A stretch of DNA of 37,377 nt from IMG/VR virus record IMGVR_UViG_3300032105_000006, one strand, 5' to 3'. The DNA comes from a virus. The position numbers and the translations under genes were made by a program. Positions 1-6,056 of the stretch are shown here, piece by piece (position 1 is the first letter of the stretch; the number at the start of each line of letters is the position of its first letter). The notes beneath the pieces are model-generated. The model searched no databases, was not told the origin of the DNA, and saw only the letters and a program-made list of their open reading frames with translations.

Positions 1-113
1 TAGCCGTTGCCGTAGCCGTCGCCGTATCCGTAGCCGTAGCCGTAGCCGTAGCCGTTGCCGTAGCCGTCGCCGTATCCGTAGCCGTAGCCGTAGCCGTAGC
101 CGTAGCCGTCGCC
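1..113. repeat. Tandem hexanucleotide array (GCCGTA with GCCGTT/GCCGTC/TCCGTA variants). Nt 1-55 are identical to nt 37323-37377.
   Basis: Direct reading shows a 6-nt period over about 19 units. The 55-nt match between window start and end is exact. Confidence 0.95.
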
Positions 114-137
114 TACCGGCTTAAATTCGCCAGCCAT
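1..137 (-). CDS. Gly-Tyr repeat protein, 5' part. The ORF leaves the left edge and continues at 37322->37187 once the 55-nt overlap is collapsed (90 aa in total).
   Basis: ATG at 137-135 overlaps the TAA stop of ORF 137..454 (TAATG). Translation is MAGEFKPVGD(GY)n with periodic GDG/GNG. 137 nt + 136 nt = 273 nt, which is in frame. Confidence 0.6.
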   Translation of the reverse strand, partial: MAGEFKPVGDGYGYGYGYGYGYGDGYGNGYGYGYGYGYGDGYGNG

Positions 138-454
138 TACAGCCCCCATTCACTATCCACCGGGATAGAAAACAGTTCAGAATCAGCAGGCATGTCAACG
201 TCAGCCAGGGTCTTGAGAGTCACATTGTTGCTCTTCGGATTCTTAATGACGCCATCAAATCCAATGGACTCCCAGCGGAACACATGCAGTGCACGGGCGA
301 TCTTGATGCGGCCATTCTCGCGGGTCACATCGCCTGCGAAAATCCAGCCACGGTCACACACAACCACGTTGCGATTCCCGTTGGGCTTTACCTGGACCGC
401 ATCAGAGCGGACATATTTGATGTCGTCAATCGTAATCGTTTCGGGCTTGCTCAT
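137..454 (-). CDS. Hypothetical early protein (105 aa)
   Basis: ORF track. AAGGAG RBS upstream of ATG 454. Stop is coupled to the next ATG. Confidence 0.8.
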   Translation of the reverse strand: MSKPETITIDDIKYVRSDAVQVKPNGNRNVVVCDRGWIFAGDVTRENGRIKIARALHVFRWESIGFDGVIKNPKSNNVTLKTLADVDMPADSELFSIPVDSEWGL

Positions 455-492
455 ATTTACTCCTTAAAAATCTGCGATATTGCAGTGTGTTT

Positions 493-536
493 ATCCTAGC
501 CTATGGATTGATTGGGTTCTATAGGTGTTTACCCTA
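493..536 (-). promoter_or_regulatory. Conserved box TAGGGTAAACACCTA (522-536, minus orientation) plus -10-like TAGGAT (493-498)
   Basis: One of about 9 copies of the box. Box centre to -10 is 31 bp. A half-copy GTGTTTATCCTA lies at 487-498. Confidence 0.5.
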
Positions 537-1167
537 CATTATTTGTAACACCAGCAAGCAATGCTCCAATGCTTCTAGGTCCGCGCTCGATAGCAGTGAA
601 TCCGCCTTGGTAGACGTTTTTCGCGGCCTGCTCATTCCCGATCATTCTAGGCTCCGGCGCTTTTAGTCCGCGCTTTGCAAACAGTGCAGCCGATGCGGTT
701 TCCCCAATCAATACCTTCGGATATTCGTAGTCGCTGCGGCCAGCGTATGCGGAATAACTCTTGCAAAACTGGTGCTGTAGGTAGCTCAAGTTTTCCATGC
801 TGGTACGGCACATCTTCACCCATCCGCCACAATCGTTTACAGCGGCATTAATCGCGGCCTCATCAAAGCACACATCCGTATAGGCTCCGACGCTGCACAT
901 TGCGTCGTAAACCTTGCCCCAAGCCACCATAGAGCGATCCGTCTTTGTGCCTTGAAGAAGTCTAACAATGTCTGCCACCTTCGGCGCAAATTGGCCCTTG
1001 TCCGGGTCTTTGGCGTGAGCATTAAAAGCCTTGGACACGGCTTCAAACTCCAAGTCTTTGCAGGCATCCCAAAAAACGTTAAGCATGAACTCGGATGTGT
1101 CCTGCTTGTAGTAACTCATCACATCTGCAACCATCTGGAAAAAATCCTGTTTTTTACTGTATTCCAT
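529..1167 (-). CDS. Early protein, possibly a replication accessory or helicase-loader-type protein (function uncertain)
   Basis: ORF track. Overlaps the upstream DUF1376 gene by 14 nt. Weak resemblance to lambda P-type proteins around QFAPKVADIV. Confidence 0.65.
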   Translation of the reverse strand: MEYSKKQDFFQMVADVMSYYKQDTSEFMLNVFWDACKDLEFEAVSKAFNAHAKDPDKGQFAPKVADIVRLLQGTKTDRSMVAWGKVYDAMCSVGAYTDVCFDEAAINAAVNDCGGWVKMCRTSMENLSYLQHQFCKSYSAYAGRSDYEYPKVLIGETASAALFAKRGLKAPEPRMIGNEQAAKNVYQGGFTAIERGPRSIGALLAGVTNNVG

Positions 1168-1930
1168 GTCCGTCCTTTTCGAGCAACCGTTTCACCACTG
1201 CGCGGTTTGAGGCTTCCAATGCCTCCTGCTTGTTCAGCTTCGGCGGCGCACCTTTTGGCGGGAGCACCTTTGCCAGCCATTCCAGAGGCTGTAGCGGCTT
1301 AGCACGGATGCACTCTCGCAATGCGTCTACAAGCTCACCGTCACCGTGAGATTTCCGCAGGCCACCCAAGAACGTCCTAGCCTGCTTTTCAGGCGTCCCA
1401 GCGTTGGTAAGCAATGGGACCCCGTACCCGAAGATTATTTCGTCTGGAGTGAGCGGCGCTTTTGCGCCCGTACCTTTAGGTACGGAATTAAATGAAGTAG
1501 AAGATGAAGAAGAAGATGAAGGGGTTGGTTTTTGCTTATCCTTGAGGTTAACCTTGAGGTTAACCTTATCTGGAGACTTCAATGCAGGATTGCCGCCTAA
1601 CTTTCCTCCGGCAGCACGCATGTTTCTTAGGTTTTCGTCTCTTATCATGCGCCTTGACAAAATAGTTCCATCGGCATCAACGTCATAGACGCCTGCTGAT
1701 CGAAGTTCTTCTAGCCAACCTTCAACATCAGGCAAGGTTGATCCGACCATAGCCGCAAGGTTAGCAGGAAGGATAACCTTGTTACCAACCTTTAGATGCC
1801 CGTATGGATTGCCCTCATGCATAAAACATATCATGTCTATCCAAAGGCCTCGCGCACCAATAGAGCAGGTTCTAAGGGCCGTATCCCTTAGCCAGTCACT
1901 TGGGTAGAACTGAAATGAAGGTCGCTTCAT
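1154..1930 (-). CDS. DUF1376 (YdaU-like) replication-associated protein
   Basis: N-terminal RPSFQFYPSDWL signature. Start set at ATG 1930 (ATGA overlap with the HNH stop). The track ORF extends to 1948. Confidence 0.8.
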   Translation of the reverse strand: MKRPSFQFYPSDWLRDTALRTCSIGARGLWIDMICFMHEGNPYGHLKVGNKVILPANLAAMVGSTLPDVEGWLEELRSAGVYDVDADGTILSRRMIRDENLRNMRAAGGKLGGNPALKSPDKVNLKVNLKDKQKPTPSSSSSSSTSFNSVPKGTGAKAPLTPDEIIFGYGVPLLTNAGTPEKQARTFLGGLRKSHGDGELVDALRECIRAKPLQPLEWLAKVLPPKGAPPKLNKQEALEASNRAVVKRLLEKDGHGIQ

Positions 1931-2457
1931 TTTCCTGCCGCCTTGCACTTATTAATGCAAATCCCGCAGAAGTATCTAAACTGGCGCGAAAGACTCCAGT
2001 AGTTTCTTGCGCTTGCAATCTCTGCCGCATTCATTACTTCATCAAGTCCTAGCTTGTCAATGAAGTTTCTAATGCTTTGAAAATCGGCCTTGTTAAAGAC
2101 GTTTGCGTCTTGATTAAAAATATGGACTACATTCCAAGCAGCATCTTCCAGCCTGCTTCTTTTTGCCATGATTGCTTTTTGATAGCCAACGATCTGGGCT
2201 TCTGACTCAGCAATCTTTTTTGCCTTTTCTTCTAGGCTCTCAGGAATTGCCGTAAGAAGTCTTGCGCCTTTGCCAAAGTTGCATTCTTCACACGATGTGA
2301 CTAAGTTGTCAATATCGTTTGTTCCACCTTCAGCAACAGGATGTATATGATCTACATGCAAAAGAACGCCGGGTGGATGCGATCCGCAATATTGACACTC
2401 AAAACTATCGCGCTTGAATACTTCAAAGCGAAGTTTTTTAGAGATTGATTTTCTCAT
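1927..2457 (-). CDS. HNH endonuclease
   Basis: CQYCG...HVDHIHPVAEGGTNDIDNLVTSCEECNFGKG motif. AT-richer than its neighbours. Confidence 0.85.
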   Translation of the reverse strand: MRKSISKKLRFEVFKRDSFECQYCGSHPPGVLLHVDHIHPVAEGGTNDIDNLVTSCEECNFGKGARLLTAIPESLEEKAKKIAESEAQIVGYQKAIMAKRSRLEDAAWNVVHIFNQDANVFNKADFQSIRNFIDKLGLDEVMNAAEIASARNYWSLSRQFRYFCGICINKCKAAGK

Positions 2458-2467
2458 CTCAGCCTAA

Positions 2468-2547
2468 CAAAAAAGGCTTCACCTGCTGTCTCACCCTTTC
2501 GGATGTTGGCGGACTGGTGGGCACCAGCAGACAGCATGTGAAGCCTT
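2468..2547 (-). terminator. Long hairpin (19-nt arms, 18/19 paired) followed by a U6 run on the minus strand
   Basis: Arms at 2473-2491 and 2529-2547. A-run at 2469-2474 on the plus strand. Inner hairpin CTGGT-GCCC-ACCAG. Confidence 0.55.
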
Positions 2548-2570
2548 GCCCAATACGCCGCCAAGCGTTT
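2468..2570 (-). ncRNA. Candidate ~100-nt structured transcript (sRNA or attenuator leader) between the promoter and the terminator
   Basis: Bounded by the promoter at 2576-2604 and the terminator at 2468-2547. The 5' UUGGCGG (2564-2558) is complementary to CCGCCAA (2512-2506) in the hairpin loop. Confidence 0.35.
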
Positions 2571-2575
2571 CATAA

Positions 2576-2604
2576 ATTATAGCGATGCTATTTACGTGCG
2601 TCAA
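2576..2604 (-). promoter_or_regulatory. Near-consensus sigma70-type promoter TTGACG-17 nt-TATAAT
   Basis: -35 at 2604-2599, -10 at 2581-2576, spacer exactly 17 nt, read on the minus strand. Confidence 0.6.
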
Positions 2605-2694
2605 TACGGCGCATCCGGCCACTTAGACGGATCAAACTTCTTTGCTGGCAATAGGGGTAGTCCGTTATGAATTGGCCATGGCCATGGGGCGCGT

Positions 2695-3117
2695 TTATTC
2701 TGTTTCATCTTCCCACCATTTAGGCTTTATTTGTTGAACGTCGCTGTAGCAATTTTTAGTTATTGTGTAACGTACAACGTTGTAATGGCATCCAAGCCGT
2801 TCAGAAATTTTTTTCATTGGCCATCCATGTGCCCACAGGAATCTGATTTGACCAGCTCTTAACTTTCGATCTGACAGCATTGATTCGTAGTCTGGCAGAC
2901 CTTCTTTTGGTGGTTTACGTACAAATTTTTCTGGCTCTATTTTTACAAACAATCTAGGAATTACAACCTCTCCATTTTTGTGCTGGCGATAGCGAAGAGC
3001 CTTACCTTCAATATTTTGAACCTTTGGTGGGTGGTCGCTTTTTTGGAAATATAGTTTTTTATTGTAGGGACGTTTACCGTAGTCAATAGGTTCCAACTCA
3101 AACTTTTTGTAGGACAT
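2695..3117 (-). CDS. HTH-containing protein (140 aa), AT-rich
   Basis: ORF track. C-terminal KKISERLGCHYNVVRYTI helix-turn-helix-like segment. Confidence 0.7.
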   Translation of the reverse strand: MSYKKFELEPIDYGKRPYNKKLYFQKSDHPPKVQNIEGKALRYRQHKNGEVVIPRLFVKIEPEKFVRKPPKEGLPDYESMLSDRKLRAGQIRFLWAHGWPMKKISERLGCHYNVVRYTITKNCYSDVQQIKPKWWEDETE

Positions 3118-3118
3118 A

Positions 3119-3349
3119 TCACTTAACCCACTTTGTTTGCGGCTTGTAAGCCTTGGTGACGCGGTAGACGTTGATGCCGTTCAGACCTTTTTGATAACTC
3201 TTGTAGCTGGTAAGCTCTTCGCCTTCTTGCAGGCTTTCACGAATGCGTTTCCAAGGGCAGGTACTGATACCTGTCTGTAGAAGCTCCATAGTGGTCATAG
3301 GGCGCTGCTTGAGCAGTGCGATTAGCTTGCGGCCTTGGGTCTTGTTCAT
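3119..3349 (-). CDS. Small winged-helix/HTH protein (76 aa)
   Basis: ORF track. The pattern LIALLKQRPMTTMELLQTGISTCPWKRIRESL resembles HTH_39-type domains. Confidence 0.7.
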   Translation of the reverse strand: MNKTQGRKLIALLKQRPMTTMELLQTGISTCPWKRIRESLQEGEELTSYKSYQKGLNGINVYRVTKAYKPQTKWVK

Positions 3350-3513
3350 TCTTGCTCCTTCAGTTTTTTCACTTCTTCCTCACTCAACAGTCGGGCTACA
3401 CACTCTTTCTTTTCTACCAGATCAAGGGTGTAGATTCTTCCAGCTACAAGGTCTGTAAAGTCTTTGGGCAGAGGCTTTGTAGTGGTGAATTGGATTAGGA
3501 TGGAGTGGTTCAT
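3346..3513 (-). CDS. Hypothetical protein (55 aa, below the track threshold)
   Basis: Own translation MNHSILIQFTT...KEQE. ATGA overlaps at both ends (3510-3513 and 3346-3349). Confidence 0.6.
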   Translation of the reverse strand: MNHSILIQFTTTKPLPKDFTDLVAGRIYTLDLVEKKECVARLLSEEEVKKLKEQE

Positions 3514-3722
3514 TTAGCAATACCTCTCCATTTGTCATTCTGAAAACAAGAAGCTGCCGGCCATTTAATTTTTGCTGCTATTTCAGGCGACACATCCCAT
3601 TCATACCAATATTCACCATCCCAATATTGGTATCCAATCATTGTTTGTGTTCCATTAAACAATTGGTATACGCCTTTTCTAACAGGCTTAATTTCTCCGT
3701 CAAACCAAGGTGTTACTTTCAC
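3510..3722 (-). CDS. Hypothetical protein (70 aa)
   Basis: ORF track, translationally coupled. Confidence 0.75.
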   Translation of the reverse strand: MKVTPWFDGEIKPVRKGVYQLFNGTQTMIGYQYWDGEYWYEWDVSPEIAAKIKWPAASCFQNDKWRGIAK

Positions 3723-3964
3723 TTCAATCTCCTAGCTGGTCGGTGTACATGAAAAGCCTTGGAATTGTGCTTGTCGATTACGATCATCCCAATACCATGG
3801 ACTGTGGCTAAGTCTCTACCATAGTTCTCAGCCTTCTCTCTGCTTGCGCTTGCAATAGCTGAGTTGGTTAGACCTTCTCTACCTTTAGGGGTGAAGTATG
3901 GGTCTTTGGCAAAGATGGATGGTTCGCCTGTGTTCCAATGGAAGGCGCTCTTTATGTTGCTCAT
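3719..3964 (-). CDS. Hypothetical protein (81 aa)
   Basis: ORF track, ATGA coupling. Confidence 0.75.
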   Translation of the reverse strand: MSNIKSAFHWNTGEPSIFAKDPYFTPKGREGLTNSAIASASREKAENYGRDLATVHGIGMIVIDKHNSKAFHVHRPARRLK

Positions 3965-4140
3965 AGTGCCTCGGCTACCAAAAGGTAAAAGGTACGAAGA
4001 TCACTTATTCTCATTGATGCCAAATCACGATCCTTAAATGGAATACATGCATTAAAGCATCTAATATCAACACCAATCCACGGGTCTTCATCCTCACACG
4101 CAGACCGCCGAAGCTCTGCTTTGATTTGTGATTTAGTCAT
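3961..4140 (-). CDS. Hypothetical protein (59 aa, below the track threshold)
   Basis: Own translation MTKSQIKAELRRS...VAEAL. ATGA overlaps at both ends. Confidence 0.6.
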   Translation of the reverse strand: MTKSQIKAELRRSACEDEDPWIGVDIRCFNACIPFKDRDLASMRISDLRTFYLLVAEAL

Positions 4141-4424
4141 ACTTTCTCCTTCTCAAGATCATGTAGCTTCTTCATTGCTTCTATGGATTCTTCGGGGGTT
4201 TCGCCGGGGCGGATTGGGCGCAATACGTTATCGCCAATACCATTTATTTGTGAGCCACAACCACATTCACAATAAACTTCTGGACCCTCATAAGTCCAAT
4301 ATGGATGCCCATTTAGGGTAGTGCCTCCAATGGATTTAAGCTTGAAAAGCTTATCAACAAGGCCCGTTTCTTTCATTTCTTGCGAGTTGATAACAATCGC
4401 CATATCACCCGGTTTGCAATTCAT
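4137..4424 (-). CDS. Hypothetical protein (95 aa) with a CECGCG motif
   Basis: ORF track. Confidence 0.75.
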   Translation of the reverse strand: MNCKPGDMAIVINSQEMKETGLVDKLFKLKSIGGTTLNGHPYWTYEGPEVYCECGCGSQINGIGDNVLRPIRPGETPEESIEAMKKLHDLEKEKV

Positions 4425-4427
4425 ATC

Positions 4428-4628
4428 TCACTCCTTTACAAAAAACATCCTAGCCCTACCCTCAGCGCTTAAATGAGGTGTAGCCATTTCCAATGCTCTC
4501 ATCAGAATAGCCTGCACCAGGGCTTGCTCATCTTCTGGAGAGTCTCGTTCTTTTGCGATGATGTGGGCCATCTGCTTGGCGCTTTCTAGGATGCGCTCTG
4601 ATAATAGCCGCTCTTGGGCCTCTGTCAT
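4428..4628 (-). CDS. Hypothetical protein (66 aa)
   Basis: ORF track. Confidence 0.7.
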   Translation of the reverse strand: MTEAQERLLSERILESAKQMAHIIAKERDSPEDEQALVQAILMRALEMATPHLSAEGRARMFFVKE

Positions 4629-4930
4629 TCGGTAGCCTTACGGATGGCGGCGCGGGCAAGTCCGATCCGGATTGTCAAATAGCCATCTTGTTCCATGTAT
4701 GGACTCACTGCGTGTAAAACACCTTTCAAAGACTTTAGCAAATCCGGTGCTGCTGCTATTAGCTTGGCGTTGTCTCTGGTTTCTTTTGCCTCTTGCTCAT
4801 GAACACCGTCATAAATAGGCTTCAAAACATTTGCCACTTTGTAACGGCCTCCAAGTAAAGTTCCGCGAATCCTGATATATGGTTTATCGCATTCTTCCGG
4901 CAAAACAGCCCACGGTCCTTTGGTGTGCAT
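4625..4930 (-). CDS. Hypothetical early protein (101 aa) with the NAKLIAAAPDLL motif common in phage early proteins
   Basis: ORF track. GGAG RBS upstream of ATG 4930. First gene of the leftward operon. Confidence 0.8.
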   Translation of the reverse strand: MHTKGPWAVLPEECDKPYIRIRGTLLGGRYKVANVLKPIYDGVHEQEAKETRDNAKLIAAAPDLLKSLKGVLHAVSPYMEQDGYLTIRIGLARAAIRKATE

Positions 4931-4953
4931 GATTTCTCCTATAAAACACCCAC

Positions 4954-5058
4954 AGAATACACCCAGCCTATAGCCTTTACTATAGGGATAAACCCTTAGG
5001 TCTGTTACATGTAGGTAGGGTTTTCACCTATGGTTTTTTTTGCTGGGCATGGCATGAT
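4954..5058. promoter_or_regulatory. Divergent early control region with two box variants and -10-like elements on both strands
   Basis: TAGGGATAAACCCTTA at 4983-4998 and TAGGGTTTTCACCTA at 5016-5030. CATGAT at 5053-5058 lies 30 bp from the second box centre. TATTCT (minus) at 4954-4959. Confidence 0.5.
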
Positions 5059-5081
5059 TAAGCCACTTTAGGAGGTAAACC

Positions 5082-5393
5082 ATGAACGACCCACGCGGCC
5101 CCAACGACTTCCCGCCCACGGACGCAGAGCTTGAGCGCATCTACGGCACGCCTGTAACAGAATACGAGCGTATGGACGCTATCCGTCGCCAGTCTGAGGC
5201 ATTTGATAAGGATGACCTCATGGATGTGCTTTATGAGCATGGAGAGCGCCTGCTGGCTGATATTGCAAACGGTTTCGCATGGAGCGTTGGCGATCGCATC
5301 ATAGAGGCCCGCAAAGAAACCATCGCCCGCCGTGCCAGCATGGAGCTTTACGGTAAGCCTGATGTAATCAAGGCATCGGAGATTCAATCATGA
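5082..5393 (+). CDS. Hypothetical protein (103 aa)
   Basis: ORF track. Strong AGGAGG RBS. Confidence 0.8.
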   Translation: MNDPRGPNDFPPTDAELERIYGTPVTEYERMDAIRRQSEAFDKDDLMDVLYEHGERLLADIANGFAWSVGDRIIEARKETIARRASMELYGKPDVIKASEIQS

Positions 5394-6055
5394 AAACCAT
5401 CATCGCATTTATCATCGGACTTTTTAGTCTGTCGGCTAATGCTCTTGACATTGAAATCGGCGCAGGCCAGACCCGCTGGAGCAAGACGCCGAACACACAA
5501 TACTGGCAGCAAGAATTCCCCAATAGTTGGGACTTGCTGAGTGCAGCCTACTATGTCGGGGTCACTGACAAAATCGGCCGCTATCGTCTGCGAGCTGGCT
5601 GGCTTGACCTGGGCAACGTCAGCAACCGCGCCTATGCAACCTCAGACGTAAATTACAAGGAAGGCGTGGGCTGCATCAACCCGTGTCCCATCCTTGGAAT
5701 TTGGGACGTGGAGGGCCGCACCAAGGGCGTGGAGTTCTCGGTCGCCCCCGAGTGGCAAGCCGGAGAATTCACACTGTTCGTCAAGGGCGGCGTGCTGATC
5801 CATCGCCCTCGCGTGGATGTGAAGATTTATCGATACCCCGGCGACACTCAGCGCACGCATTTCAACTACCCCGAGCAGTTGAACTATGCGCCCACGATTG
5901 GTTTCGGCGCGACCTACGGCAAGTGGAATGCAAGCCTGTCGTTCTACAAGATCGACGCGACCACGGACACGCAGGAAGAAGACAAGCGCATCCCGCCGAA
6001 TTGGGGTTCTAAGTTGACGGATACGACCGTGCTGATGGTTACGCGGAGGTTTTGA
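5390..6055 (+). CDS. Secreted outer-membrane beta-barrel-like protein (221 aa)
   Basis: Signal peptide MKTIIAFIIGLFSLSANA. Alternating hydrophobic strands. C-terminal ...VTRRF ends in Phe. Confidence 0.7.
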   Translation: MKTIIAFIIGLFSLSANALDIEIGAGQTRWSKTPNTQYWQQEFPNSWDLLSAAYYVGVTDKIGRYRLRAGWLDLGNVSNRAYATSDVNYKEGVGCINPCPILGIWDVEGRTKGVEFSVAPEWQAGEFTLFVKGGVLIHRPRVDVKIYRYPGDTQRTHFNYPEQLNYAPTIGFGATYGKWNASLSFYKIDATTDTQEEDKRIPPNWGSKLTDTTVLMVTRRF

Positions 6056-6056
6056 T

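Noticed and set aside
1-113. The hexanucleotide arrays at both ends as a CRISPR array or a non-coding satellite
   Set aside because: The period is 6 nt with no spacers, so it is not a CRISPR array. The array is in frame with an ATG/RBS-coupled start and a proper stop on the minus strand, so a coding role is the simplest reading. A DNA-level role (iterons next to replication genes) cannot be excluded and is noted under the finding.
2458-2573. 39-codon ORF from ATG 2573 ending in ATGA on the HNH start
   Set aside because: Its ATG lies 2 nt after the -10 hexamer, so it is probably not transcribed from that promoter. The frame runs through the 19-bp stem. It is kept only as a note under the sRNA/attenuator finding.
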